From assembly GCA_038087875.1 (NCBI GenBank), contig CM075991.1, positions 14,138,001-14,202,000 of the forward strand: a DNA stretch of 64,000 nucleotides, read 5' to 3'. The notes under the pieces were generated by a model. That model was not told the DNA's origin and did not search any database. It was given only the letters and a program-made list of their open reading frames with translations. The translations under genes and the position numbers were made by a program. The stretch is from Malacoraja senta. Taxonomy: Eukaryota. Each line of letters opens with the position of its first letter. Positions within the stretch are counted from its first letter, which is position 1. Shown here one piece after another: positions 34,395 through 47,569 of this stretch.

Positions 34395-35774
34395 ATACAT
34401 AGAAACATAGAAAATAGGTGCAGGAGTAGGCCATTCGGCCCTTCGAGCCTGCACCGCCATTCAATATGATCATGGCTGATCATCCAACTCAGTATCCTGT
34501 ACCTGCCTTCTCTCCACATCCCCTGATCCCTTTAGCCACAAGGGCCACATCTAACTCCCTCTTAAATATAGCCAATGAACTGGCCTCAACTACCCTCTGT
34601 GGCAGAGAATTCCAGAGATTCACCGCTCTCTGTGTGAAAAAGTTTTTTCTCATCTCGGTCTTAAAGATTTCCCCCTTATCCTTAAGCTGTGACCCCTTGT
34701 CCTGGACTTCCCCAACATCGGGAACAATCTTCCTGCATCTAGCCTGTCCTACCCCATAAGAATTTTGTATGTTTCTGTAAGATCCCCTCTCAATCTCCTA
34801 AATTCTAGCGAGTATAAGCCAAGTCTATCCAGTCTTTCTTCATATGAAAGTCCTGACATCCCAGGAATCAGTCTGGTGAACCTTCTCTGTACTCCCTCTA
34901 TGGCTATAATGTCCTTCCTCAGATTTGGAGACCAAAACTGTACACAATACTCCAGGTGTGGTCTCACCAAGACCCTGTACAACTGCAGTAGAACCTCCCT
35001 GCTCCTATACTCAAATCCTTTTGCTATGAAAGCTAACATACCATTCGCTTTCTTCACTGCCTGCTGCACCTGCATGCCTACTTTCAATGACTGGTGTACC
35101 ATGACACCCAGGTCTCGCTGCATCTCCCCTTTTCCTAATCGGCCACCATTTAGATAATAGTCTGCTTTCCTGTTTTTGCCACCAAAGTGGATAACCTCAC
35201 ATTTATCCCCATTATACTGCATCTGCCAAACATTTGCCCACTCACCCAGCCTATCCAAGTCACCTTGCAGTCTCCTAGCATCCTCCTCACAGCTAACACT
35301 GCCCCCCAGCTTAGTGTCATCCGCAAACTTGGAGATGTTGCCTTCAATTCCCTCATCCAGTTCATTAATATAAATTGTAAATAGCTGGGGTCCCAGCACT
35401 GAGCCTTGCGGTACCCCACTAGTCACTGCCTGCCATTGTGAAAAGGACCCGTTTACTCCTACTCTTTGCTTCCTGTTTGCCAGCCAGTTCTCTATCCACA
35501 TCAATACTGAACCCCCAATACCGTGTGCTTTAAGTTTGTATACTAATCTCTTATGTGGGACCTTGTCGAAAGCCTTCTGAAAGTCCAGATACAACACATC
35601 CACTGGTTCTCCACTATCCACTCTACTAGATACATCCTCGAAAAATTCTATAAGATTCGTCAGACATGATTTACCTTTCGTAAATCCATGCTGACTTTGT
35701 CCAATGATTTCACCACTTTCCAAATGTGCTGCTATCCCATGTTTAATAACTGACTCTAGCAGTTTCCCCACTAC
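34395..35774 (-). mobile_element. Young CR1 ORF2 fragment with intact RT core, cut by the assembly gap
   Basis: Open frame 35774-34749: QHGFTKGKSCL, YLDFQKAFDKV, GVPQGSVLGP and KFADDTKL. Confidence 0.93.
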
Positions 35775-35974
35775 NNNNNNNNNNNNNNNNNNNNNNNNNN
35801 NNNNNNNNNNNNNNNNNNNNNNNNNNNNNNNNNNNNNNNNNNNNNNNNNNNNNNNNNNNNNNNNNNNNNNNNNNNNNNNNNNNNNNNNNNNNNNNNNNNN
35901 NNNNNNNNNNNNNNNNNNNNNNNNNNNNNNNNNNNNNNNNNNNNNNNNNNNNNNNNNNNNNNNNNNNNNNNNNN
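35775..35974. other. Assembly gap (200 N)
   Basis: Run of N. True size and flank continuity are unknown. Confidence 0.99.
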
Positions 35975-35999
35975 TTAGGTGCAATCAGATATAGTCAGT

Positions 36000-36505
36000 A
36001 TGTGCAAGAGGCGTTTTGGGCAGATTAAATAGGCAAGGCATTTGGAGTATTTTGAGCAATTTTGGGCCCCATATCTGAGGATTGATGTTCTGGTGCTGGA
36101 GAGGGTCCAGAGGAGGTTTACAGGAATGATCCCAGGAATGAGTGGGTTAAACCTATGATGAGCGTTTGATGGCACTGGGCCTGTACTCACTGGAGTTTAG
36201 AAGAAGGAGGGGGGAACCTCATTGAAACTTACCGACTAATGAAAGGCTTGGATAGAGTGGATGTGGAGAGGATGTTTCCACTGGTGGGAGAGTCTTGGAC
36301 TAGAGGTCGCAGCCTCAGAATTAAGGGCGTTCCTTTAGGATGGAGATGAGGAGGAATTTCTTTAGTCATAGGGTGGTGAATCTGTGGAATTCATTGCCAC
36401 AGAAGGCTGTGGAGACCATCGATGGAAAGTTTTAAGGCAGATAGATAGGTTCTTGATTAGTACGGGTGTCAGGGGTTATGAGAAGAAGGCAAGAGAATGG
36501 GGTTT
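36000..36505 (+). mobile_element. CR1 3' fragment
   Basis: HLEY..QFWAPYLRIDVLVLERVQRRFT...RVVNLWNSLPQKAVE. Confidence 0.82.
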
Positions 36506-36929
36506 AGAGTTTGTACGTTCTCCCTGTCTCATTGTGGGTTTTTTCCAAGTACTCCGTTCCTCCCACACTCCAAAGATGTGCAGGTTTGTAGGATAATTGG
36601 CTTCGGTAAAAATTATAAATGATCCCTAGTGTGTAGGGTAATGTATGGGGTGATGGCTGGTTGGCACAGACTCAGTGGACCTAAGGGGCCTGTTTCCACA
36701 CTGTATCTCTAAAGTCTATAACGTTTTTTCCTAGCTGTTATCTGGCAACAGAACCATCCTATCACCAACTAGAGAGGTTCGTGACCTCCCATCTACCTCA
36801 TTGGAGACCCTGGGACTATCTTTAATCGGGCTTTTCTGGACTTTATCTTGAACTAAATGTTATTCCCTTTATCCCTGTATCCGTAAATTGTGGATGGCTT
36901 GATTGTGATATTGTCTTTTTTTAATTAGT

Positions 36930-37757
36930 TAGGTTTATTGTCACCTGTACCGAGGTACAGTGAAAAGCTTTTGCTGCATGCTAACCAGTCAGCAGAAAGA
37001 CAACACATGATGACAATCAAGCCATCTACAGTGTACAGATACATGATAAAGGGATTCATGTGAATAATGTTCTATGCAAGATAAAGCCAGTAAATTCTGA
37101 TCAAAGTCCGAGTGTCTCCCATGAGGTAGAGGGCCTCCAATGAGTAGTTCAGCTCTGCTCTCTGGTTGCAGTAGGATGGTTCAGTTGCCTGATAACACCT
37201 GGGAAGCAACTCTCCCTCAATAGACAATAGACAATAGGTGCAGGACTAGGCCATTCGGCCCTTCGAGCCAGCACCGCCATTCAATGTGATCATGGCTGAT
37301 CTTCCCCAATCAGTACCCCGTTCCTGCCTTTTCCCCATATCCCCTGACTCCGCTATCTTTAAGAGCCCTATGCAGCTCTCTCTTGAAAGCATCCAGAGAA
37401 CCTGCCTCCACCGCCCTCTGAGGCAGAGAATTCCACAGACTCACAACTGTGTGAGAAAAGTGTTTCCTCGTCTCCGTTCTAAATGGCTTACCCCTTATTC
37501 TTAAGGGATCCGGAGATTTATGAAAGAACTGCAGATGCTGGAAAAATGGAAGGTAGACAAAAATGCTGGAGAAACTCAGCGGGTCTCCATGGATGCTGCC
37601 TCACCCGCTGAGTTTCTCCAGCATTTTTGTCTACCTTCTGAATCTGCAGGTGTGCATTTTCACACTTCTATACCTCTTGCCCGATGGGAGAGGGGAGAAG
37701 AGGGAGTGGCCAGGGTGAGACTGGTCCTTGATGATGCTGCTGGCCTTGCCGAGGCCG
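36930..37757 (-). mobile_element. Rex1/Babar fragment interrupted by a CR1 tail (37220-37503) and a PLE palindrome
   Basis: LGKASSIIKDQSHPGHSLFSPLPSGKRYRSVK plus 3' UTR. Confidence 0.78.
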
Positions 37758-38989
37758 TGTATAGTATTATCATGTACAGTCCTCCCGCTGACTGGATAGC
37801 ACACAACAAAACTGCTTTTCACTGTACCTCGGTACACGTGACAATAAGCTAAACTAAACTAGGAGATGGGGAGCCTGCAGGAGAGAGGAATGCAGCAGAC
37901 ATAGCCAAGGCTCTTGGCAAAACCTTGCACCAATGCACTAGGCTTGCTACACATATAATTAAATCAGGGCGCTGGGCTCCAGATGTATGATGTTGGGTAT
38001 TTAGGCTGCGATCCAACTTTAAAACAGAGCAGGGAGATTACGGTGAAAGATATGTCCTGTGGCAATATTTGTTTAATGCCACCCACATGCACACGCACCG
38101 CGCACCCGCATGTGGTCACGAGCACAAGCACAGCGCCCGTGTTAGACGCACAGACTCTGGAGACTGAAGAGACTACGGGAATCTTGAGCAAAGTGCTCGA
38201 GTAACTCGGCGGGTCAGGCAGCATTTCCTGAGGTCGTGGAGAGGGCAACATATCAGGTGGGGACCCTTCAGACCAAAGCAGCTCTGGAGACACGAGGAAC
38301 TGCAGATGCTGCAATCTTGAGTAAAGCACAAAGTGCTGGAGGAACGTTCGTGCAAGACCTGTCGAGGGCGTTTAGTTCAGAGATACCCTGTCGAGGGCGT
38401 TTCGTTCAGAGATACAGCGTGGAAACGGTCCCTTCGATCCACCATGTCCACGCCAACCAACTCATTCTGCTATCCCACTTACACATCCACTCCCTACACA
38501 CTAGGGGCGCTATACAGGAGCCAATTAACCTACAAACCTGATGTCCACAGGGAGAATGTACAAACTTCACACAGACAGCACCCGGGGCCGGGTTTGAACC
38601 GGAGTCTCTGGCTCCGTGAGACAGCGGCTTGGAGTTAAGGTTGCTTATCCATGTTCCCCTCCATCATGAGGCCATTTGGCCCATCGAGTCTATGCCAGCT
38701 CATGGAGCAATCCCACTCCCTTCTAACCCTAACCCAGTAGCCAGTTTTCCAGGCATTCCCATCAGTTCTAACAACCACGGTGCAATTTCCAGCGGCTAAC
38801 ATCCCACTAACCGGCTCGTATCTGGGATGTGGGAGGAGATCAGAGAGACCCACGTGGTCACAGGGAGAACATGCAAACTCCACACAGACAGCACCCGGGG
38901 CCGGGTTTGAGCCTGAGTCTCTGGCAGGCAGCGGCTCTACCAGCTGTGCCACTGTGCACAGGCCCCACATGCCTGTTGACAAGAGTTGA

Positions 38990-39360
38990 TTAGTTGAAGA
39001 TGGAGTAACTCAGCGGGCCAGGCAGCAACTCTGGAGCGAAGGAATAGGTGACGTTTCGGGTCGAGACGTCATATCTTTGCATATCTTTCATTCATTTGTT
39101 CCACATCACCGTCTGTATCTCTCGTTTCCCTCTCCACTGACTCAGTCTGGAGGAGGTAGACAGAAATGCTGGAGAAACTCAGCGGGTGAGGCAGCATCTA
39201 TGGAGCGAAGGAATAGGTGACGTTTCAGACTGAAGAAGGGTCTCCACTCGAAACGTCACCCATTCCTTTTCTCCAGAGATGCTGCCTGCCCCGCTGAGTT
39301 ACTCCAGCTTTTTGTGTCTATCTGCGGTTTAAACCAGCATCTGCAGTTGCCTCCAACACA
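38990..39360. mobile_element. Nested Penelope-derived fragments and palindrome
   Basis: Arms of both subfamilies around ctgaagaagggtctccactcgaaacgtc. Flanked by tgattagttga repeats. Confidence 0.75.
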
Positions 39361-40019
39361 GGTGATTAGTTGAGGTAGACACCAGATATGCGACGATGAT
39401 GGCCTACGTGCCCCTATCCGTTTTGCCCCTCTCTTCCCTCTCACTGCTCAGTGGAGCGCTGCCAGGGTTGTCTGACTGGAGTTTGCTGAAACCCCCAAGC
39501 TCGAGTCCAGCTGTCTGAGGCTCTGCAGCTACCCTACACATCTCTTGTTTCTGCCCCTCTGCCTCTCCCTGTAATCCATCCTCACAAGTGGTGCTGAGAT
39601 CCGGTGGAAACATGTAAACATATTGTGTACAGATATCCACGGCATAAAGCAAAATAACATGCTGGCCTGATCTTCCTGTGGACTATCCAAGGACCAGGAA
39701 GAGCTCAGTGCAGGGTGGAGACGGAAGCAAAGGGGCAGATAAAGGCATCAGTGGAGGCAGACTGCATGGGACTGGGTGGTGGGTGCTGAGGGGGTTGGTG
39801 TTGAATGTACGGGGCTGGGTGGATGCTGTGTGATGAATGTGTTGGGATCTGGGTGGGTGCTGAGGGGTGTGCGTTGAGGGGGGTGAGTGCCAGCAGTGAC
39901 GTGGTGCCGTGCGATGTCTGTGCCCTCTCTACCTTCTAGCGTTCTGCCTTCTCATCCCTCAGTGCTTTGTAACGTTGCCAGGATCAACAGGAGCCTGGGG
40001 CAAGTGACAGCCCCACACA

Positions 40020-40061
40020 GTGAGTGTGTGTGAGAGTGTGTGTGTGTGTGTGTGTGAGAGT

Positions 40062-40094
<33 letters not shown>

Positions 40095-40620
40095 TGTGTG
40101 TGTGTGTGAGAGAGTGTATGTGTGAGAGTGTGTGTATGTGTGAGAGTGTGTGTGTGTGTGTGTGAGAGAGTGTGTGTGTGAGAGTGTGTGTGTGTGACAG
40201 TGTGTGTGTGTGTGAGAGAGAGTGTGAGAGAGAGAGAGAGTATGTGAGAGAGAGAGAGAGTGTGTGTGAGAGAGTGTGCATGTGTGAGAGAGTGTGTGTA
40301 TGTGTGTGTGAGAGAGTGCATGTGTGAGAGAGAGTGTGTGTGTATGCGTGCGTCTGTGTGTGCGCGCGCTCGTCTGTGTATGTGTGTGCACGCATGTGTC
40401 TGTGTGCACGCGCGTGTGTGAGTGTGTGTGCGTTGTGTATGTGTGCGCGCACGTGTGTGAGAGTGTGCCTGTGTGTGTGTGTGTGTGCGCGCATGTGTGT
40501 GTGAGTGTGCCTGTGTGTGTGAGTGTGTCAGTGTGCGTGCATGTGTGTGAGTGTGTGTCTGCCTGCGTCTGTGTCCGTGTGTGTATGCGTCTGTGTGTGC
40601 CTGCGTGCGTGTGAGTGTGA
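40020..40620. repeat. Degenerate (TG)n/(AG)n microsatellite
   Basis: Directly visible. Confidence 0.95.
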
Positions 40621-40957
40621 AGTACACCGTGTGTGAAGGGAGGGAGGGAGGGAGGAATATCTGTGGAGGAGACACAACGTGAGCGAGGGGCAGAGTTTGG
40701 GAACAACTTGCTGACACTTGTCCGGTGGGATGGTTGTGGGGATTGGTTCCTGTTGTGGAGGAGGAGAGCAGGAGTGGGACATGGAGGTTTTGACGGGATG
40801 CTTGCAGACTGTGGCCCGGGGATCCCGCACGGTGCGATGGAAGTGGTTTCAATGGCAATCGCATCAATACTTTGAAGGAGAGAAGTTAGTTACAGACCTC
40901 AGGGTAAAGAGACAGGGAGTGTGTAACACTGGTGAAGTTTACAGCGGGATAGAGTCG

Positions 40958-41150
40958 GCACTGGCACAGCGGTAGAGTTGCTGCCTTACAGCGCCAGAGA
41001 CCCAGATCCTGACTACGGGTGCTGTCTGTACGGAGTTTGCACGTTCTACTCGTGACCTGCCTGAATTTTCTCCGGGTGCTCCGGTTTTCTCCCACACTCC
41101 AAAGACCTACAGGTTTGTAGGCGTTGGTGTAATTGTAAATCGTCCCTACA
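40958..41150 (+). mobile_element. V-SINE (partial)
   Basis: Head and V-domain. Confidence 0.8.
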
Positions 41151-41887
41151 TCCATGTTGTCTCTATCAGTGGGAAGTGTTTGTCAGAGGTGTGAGGACAA
41201 GTTGACAGTGTTCTTGCGGCTGTTATCATTGCCCGCTCACCATCCTGTCTAATGTACCACACACTGTTTACCCATTGACAAATGAATCTTTTGAGCCCGA
41301 TTACAGAGTCTGCTTCTTCTTGGATCTTGCCCTGGGCTCCCCATCACATTGTCCGAATCATAGAATCATACAGCACAGACACAGACCCTTCGGCCCAACT
41401 TGCCCATGCTGACCAACATGCCCCATCTACACTAGTGCCACCTGGTCACCCTAGGCCCACATCCCTCCAAACCTTTCCTTAGAGCTCTTAAAGATAGCGG
41501 AGTCAGGGGATATGGGGAGAAGGCAGGAACGGGGTACTGATTGGGGATGACCACAATGAATGGCAGTGCTGGCTCGAAGGGCCGAATGGCCTACTCCTGC
41601 ACCTATTGTCTATTCTCTATCCAAGCACCTGTCCAGATATCTTTTAAATGCTTTAATACCTGCATCAACTACCCCCTCTGGCAGCTCGTTCCATACACCC
41701 ATGTGTGAAGCCCTATGTGAAAAAGTTGCCCATCAGTTTCCTATTTTAATTGTTCCCCTCTCACCTTAAAGCTATGTCCACTGATTCCTGATTCTCCTAC
41801 TCTGGGTAAAAGACTGTGTATTCACATCTATTTCCACCATGATTTTATAAACCTCTACAAGATCACCCCTCATCCTCCTGTGCTCCA

Positions 41888-42285
41888 ATGAGGGGGGATC
41901 TTATAGAAACATATAAAATTTTATAAGGACTGGACAAGCTAGATGCAGGAAAAATGTTCCCAATGTTGGGCGAGTCCAGAACCAGGGGGCCACAGTCTTA
42001 GAATAAAGGGGAGGTCATTTAAGACTGAGGTGAGAAAAAACTTTTTCACCCAGAGAGTTGTGAATTTGTGGAATTCCCTGCCACAGAGGGCAGTGGAGGC
42101 CAAGTCACTGGATGGATTTAAGAGAGAGTTAGATAGAGCTCTAGGGGCTAGTGGAATCAAGGGATATGGGGAGAAGGCAGGCATGGGTTATTGATTGGGG
42201 ACGATCAGCCTTGATCACAATGAATGGCGGTGCTGGCTCGAAGAGCCGAATTGCCTCCTCCTGCACCTATTGTCTATGTTTCCAT
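41888..42285 (+). mobile_element. CR1 3' fragment (same subfamily as 20020-21362)
   Basis: GHSLRIKGRSFKTEVRKNFFTQRVVNLWNSLPQRAVEA. Confidence 0.88.
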
Positions 42286-42344
42286 GAATGAAGTTCCAGC
42301 CTGCACAGCCACTCCCTGTGGCTTAAGTGAATGAAGAGGAAGAA

Positions 42345-43215
42345 TCTGAAGAAGGGTCCCGACACGAAACGTCACCTGTTCTTTTTCTCCAGAGACGCTG
42401 CACGACCGGCTGAGTTACTCCACCATTTTGTTACTCCACCACCGAGTTACTCCACCACTCTGTTACTGCACCACTGAGTTACTCCACCACTGAGTTACTC
42501 CACCACTCTGTTACTCCACCACTTTGTTACTCCACCACTGAATTACTCCACCACTCTGTTACTCCACCACTGAGTTACTCCACCACTGAGTTACTCCACC
42601 ACTGAGTTACTCCACCACTGAGTTATTCCACCACCGAGTTACTCCACCACTCTGTTACTCCACCACTTTGTTACTCCACCACTGAATTACTCCACCACTG
42701 AATTACTCCACCACTCTGTTACTCCACCACTGAGTTACTCCCCACTGAGTTACTCCACCACTGAGTTACTCCACCACTGAGTTACTCCACCACTGAGTTA
42801 CTCCACCACTGAGTTACTCCACCACTTTGTTACTCCCCACTGAGTTACTTCACCACTCTGTTACTCCACCACTTTGTTACTCCCCACTGAGTTACTCCAC
42901 CACTGAGTTACTCCACCACTTTGTTACTCCACCACTGAATTACTCCACCACTCTGTTACTCCACCACTTTGTTACTCCCCACTGAGTTACTCCCCCACTG
43001 AGTTACTCCACCACTGAATTACTCCACCACTCTGTTACTCTACCACTTTGTTACTCCCCACTGAGTTACTCCACCACTGAGTTACTCCACCACTGAGTTA
43101 CTCCACCACTGAGTTACTCCACCATTGAGTTACTCCACCACTGAGTTACTCCACCACTGAGTTACTCCACCACTTTATATCTTTGGTAGAAGCCGGCATC
43201 TGCAGTTCTTTGTTT
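42345..43215 (+). mobile_element. Penelope 3' end hosting a 16-bp minisatellite
   Basis: HHR-like core at 42346. The element resumes after the array with ...ccggcatctgcagttc. Confidence 0.8.
42410..43175. repeat. 16-bp minisatellite (ctgagttactccacca)n, roughly 48 units
   Basis: The unit matches the PLE motif ctgagttactccagca. Confidence 0.93.
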
Positions 43216-43687
43216 CTACGCTCTCCCTGTAGCTCCGGCCCTCGAGTCCTGGCAGTATCCAGCAGTAAATCTTCCAGCTTAAGTGGGCTTAAGTCTTATG
43301 CCCCGGAGTGGGGATTGAACCTGCAGCCTTCCGGCTTGTGAGGAAGACGTCCGGCTGTGGAGACGAGGCCGAGAGGCGAAGAGTTTTAAGTGGCAGCACT
43401 GTCTGGGGAGATGAGAGAGAAGCAGTGGCTTCAGTCTGATGTGTTGTTGCCTTTGGTTATAGAACGCTGCTAATTACAGCCTAGGCACTGGTAATTCCGG
43501 GCCTGGGGTACAGGCTTCCTGAGCTCAAAGTTTGGTATGCAACAACCGTGCGTGTTTGCACTCGCCAGCAAATGTCGGCTAATGCTCTCCTCGCGCTCTT
43601 GCAGCCCTTGAGACACAGGCAGGGAAGACACAGTGTGCCGGAGTAACTCAGCGGGTCGGGCAGCATCTCTGGACAACATGGATAGGT

Positions 43688-43715
43688 GACGTTTCGGGTC
43701 AGAGCCCTTCTTCAG
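43688..43715 (-). ncRNA. Minimal hammerhead ribozyme core (PLE-associated)
   Basis: CUGAAGA-A-GGGCUCUGACCC-GAAAC-GUC. Confidence 0.5.
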
Positions 43716-43774
43716 ACTTCAGAAGGGACTTGCCTGTAAAGTCTTGAGATGAATTACACGGCAGATCTTGGCAT

Positions 43775-44048
43775 AAGCGCAGTGGTAGAGTTGCTGCCTC
43801 ACAGTGCCAGAGACTTGGGTACAATCCCGACTACTGCTGCTGTTTGTACATTCTCCCTGTGACCGTGTGGGTTTCCTCCGGGTGCTCTGGTTTCCATCCA
43901 CACTCCAAAGACGTACAGGTTTGTCGGTTAATTGGCTTTGTGTAAGTGTAAATTGTCCCTAGTGTGTGTTGGATAGTGTTGGTGTGCGGGGATCACTGGT
44001 AAGCGCGGACCTGGTGGTCCGAAAGGCCTGTTTCCATGCTGTATCTGT
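43775..44048 (+). mobile_element. V-SINE
   Basis: Head, V-domain and tail fused to a CR1 fragment. Confidence 0.8.
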
Positions 44049-44632
44049 GCAATTGTACAGAGCCCTAGTGAGACCACACCTGGAGTATTGTGTGCAGTTT
44101 TGGTCCCCTAATTTGAGGAAGGACATTCTTCTTATTGAGGGAGTGCAGCGTAGGTTTAGAAGGTTAATTCCTGGGATGGCGGGACTGTCATATGCTGAGA
44201 GAATGGAGCAGCTGGGCTTGTACACTCTGGAGTTTAGAAGGATGAGAGGGCATCTCATTGAAACATATAAGATTGTTAATGGTTTGGACATGCTAGAGGC
44301 AGGAAATGTTGGGGGAGTCCAGAACCAGGGCCCACAGTTTAAGAATAAGGAGTAAGCCATTTAGAACGGAGACGAGGAAACACTTTTTCTCACAGAGAGT
44401 TGTGAGTCTGTGGAATTCTCTGCCTCAGAGGGCGGTGGAGGCCGGTTCTCTGGATGCTTTCAAGAGAGAGCTAGATAGGGCTCTTAAAAATAGCGGAGTC
44501 GGGGGCTATGGGGAGAAGGCAGGAACGGGGTACTGATTGGGGATGATCAGCCATGATCACATTGAATGGCGGTGCTGACTCGAAGGACCGAATGGCCTAC
44601 TCCTGCACCTATTGTCTATTGTCTATTGTCTA
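44045..44632 (+). mobile_element. CR1 3' fragment
   Basis: QLYRALVRPHLEYCVQFWSP...GYGEKAGTGY and (ctattgt)n tail. Confidence 0.9.
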
Positions 44633-44889
44633 AAGAAAGCAGAGCAAATCTTGGCATAAGCCGTAGTAGTTGGAAGATACGTGGGAGATTGCAATGAGTA
44701 GAGTCTGCAGCAACAAAGGGTGAATACAGTTCACTGTTGAGGCAGAGCTGTACTGAAGACTCAATGGGTATACCAAGTGCTGGAGTAATTCAGCTGGCTA
44801 GGCAGCATCTGTGGAGGACATGGATAGGCGATCTGTCAGCTAGATTGATTTTTAGTGCAGGAGAGAGATCTGGTAGGCTTTTGGTTGGG

Positions 44890-45445
44890 GCTGGTGAACT
44901 TCTACCGCTGCACCATCAAGAGCATCCTTACTAACTGCATCACAGTATGGGATGGCAACTGCTCTGTCTCCGACCGGAAAGCCCCACAGAGGGTGGTGAA
45001 AACTGCCCAATGCATCACCGGTTCCTCACTCCCCTCCATTGAGTCTGTCCAGAGCAAGCGATGTCTGCGAAGGGCGCGCAGCATCGTCAAGGACTGCTCT
45101 CACCCCAACCACAGACTGTTTACCCTCCTCCCATCTGGGAGGCGCTACAGGTCTCTCCGTTGCCAGACCAGCAGGTTCAGGAACAGCTACTTCCCTGCGG
45201 CTGTTACACTACTTAACTCTGCACCTTGATGATTGCCAGTCACCCCTCCCACCCCGGACACTCCTTCTCCCAGTGACTGATGTCTCCCCCCCCCGAAAAT
45301 TGGACTCCTGCTGTATATACATCTATATATTTACAGTTCCATTATCCTGTGTTCGCACATCTGGGTGAGATGCTAACTACATTTCGTTGTCTATGTACTT
45401 GTACAGTGCACAATGACAATAACGTTTGAATCTTGAATCTTGAGA
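44890..45445 (+). mobile_element. Rex1/Babar 3' fragment (distinct subfamily)
   Basis: LVNFYRCTIKSILTNCITVW.GNCS..DRKA.QRVVKTAQ...FTLLPSGRRYRS and (tgaatct)n tail. Confidence 0.88.
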
Positions 45446-45695
45446 TGTTGCAATCCTGAGTAAAACACAAAATGCTGGAGGAACTCAGCAGGCCACACGG
45501 TATCTGTGTGGAAGGCTTCATTCAGTACAGGGAAGATAGCACAGGAACAGGCCATTTGGCCCACAAGGACTATGCCAAGTTAATGGTTTAAACCAAAGTT
45601 AGACACAAAACGCTGGAGTTACTCAGCGGGGCAGACAGCATCTCTGGAGAGAAGTAGACAAAAACGCTGGAGAAACTCAGCGGGTGAGGCAGCAT

Positions 45696-46608
45696 CTTAG
45701 CTGGGGGGCAGTGTTAGCTGTGAGGAGGATGCTAGGAGGCTGCAAGGTGACTTGGATAGGTTGGGTGAGTGGGCAAATGCATGGCAGAGGCAGTATAATG
45801 TGGATAAATGTGAGGTTATCCACTTTGGTGGCAAAAACAGGAAAGTAGACTATTATCTGAATGGTGGCCGATTAGGAAAAGGGGAGATGCAACGAGACCT
45901 GGGTGTCATGGTACACCAGTCATTGAAAGTAGGCATGCAGGTGCAGCAGGCAGTGAAGAAAGCGAATGGTATGTTAGCATTCATAGCAAAAGGATTTGAG
46001 TATAGGAGCAGGGAGGTTCTACTGCAGTTGTACAGGGTCTTGGTGAGACCACACCTGGAGTATTGCGTACAGTTTTGGTCTCCTAATCTGAGGAAAGACA
46101 TTCTTGCCATAGAGGGAGTACAGAGAAGGTTCACCAGACTGATTCCTGGGATGTCAGGACTTTCATATGAAAACTGGATAGACTCGGCTTGTACTCGCTA
46201 GAATTTAGAAGATTGAGGGGGGATCTTATAGAAACGTACAAAATTCTTAAGGGATTGGACAGGCTAGATGCAGGAAGATTGTTCCCGATGTTGGGGAAGT
46301 CCAGAACAAGGGGTCACAGTTTAAGGATAAGGGGGAAGTCTTTTAGGACCGAGATGAGAAAAACATTTTTCACACAGAGAGTGGTGAATCTGTGGAACTC
46401 TCTGCCACAGAAGGTAATTGAGGCCAGTTCATTGGCTATATTTAAAAGGGAGTTAGATGTGGCCCTTGTGGCTAAAGGGATCAGGGGGTATGGAGAGAAG
46501 GCAGGCACGGGATACTGAGTTGGATGATTAGCCATGATCATATTGAATGGCGGTGCAGGCTCGAAGGGCCGAATGGCCTACTCCTGCACCTATTTTCTAT
46601 GTTTCTAT
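45696..46608 (+). mobile_element. Young CR1 3' fragment
   Basis: RLQGDLDRLGEWAN...GYGEKAGTGY with one small deletion. Near-identical to the 14095 and 34395 copies. Confidence 0.92.
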
Positions 46609-47569
46609 CTCTGGAGAGAATTCCTTCTCTCCTGAGATGCTGCCTGTCCCGCTGAGTTACTCCAGATTTTTGTGTCTCTCTATGGATAGGTGATGTTGCA
46701 GGTCTCAACCCTTCTTCAGACTCTGATCAGGTCGGCCTCTTCAGATCCAAATCCATTCCAACCTTTCCATGTTCTCCAGGGAAGCTGCCTGACCCGCTGA
46801 GTTGCTCCAGCACTTTGCATCTTCTTTTGAAGGTGAGACAATGGGCGGACGTTCTGCCTGAAATGTCGTGTTAATGAGATCTGAATAGCTTCTAATTCCC
46901 ACCATCTCTCTTCATGGGTTATGCAGTGTCGAGGCATTAATATCAATTAGGGAATTGTTTGCATCTAATTGACACCTTTTTATGGGCTTGCAAAGGGGAA
47001 GCTGAGATCTTGGCTTGAGGCCACAATGCTGATGTCCCAGGGTGAAGGTGTTCCATTGTTTGGAGAGATGAGAAGAAAGAGGAATGGGATGCAGATGTTC
47101 CTCACAAACTCCCCCTCCCCCCCTCAGTCTGAAGTAGTCCCCCACCCCGCACACGATTGGCATATGATCATAAGGTCATTTGTTGAGTTTGACAGGTCCA
47201 TGGATAGGACAGGTTTGGAGGGATATGGACCAAACGCAGGCAGGTGGGACTAGTGTGGCTGGGACACGTTGGCCGGTGTGGGCAAGTTGGGTCGAAGGGC
47301 CTGTTTCCACACTGTATCACTCTATGACAGATGTAGAATTAGGCCATTCAGCCCACTTCAAGAGAGATAGATATAGCTCTTAGGGCTAACTGAATCAAGG
47401 GATATGGGGAGAAAGCAGGAATGGGGTACTGATTTTGGATGAACAGCCATGATCATATTGAATATTGATGCTGGCTCGAAGGGCCGAATGGCCTACTCCT
47501 GCACCAAATGTCTATGTTTCTAAGTCTACTCCATCATTAGTTGGATCATTACTCTGTCATTAGTTCAGT

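Noticed and set aside
34749..35984. 411-aa ORF with a start beyond the N run
   Set aside because: The start is an artefact of translating through the 200-N gap. The real part is CR1 ORF2.
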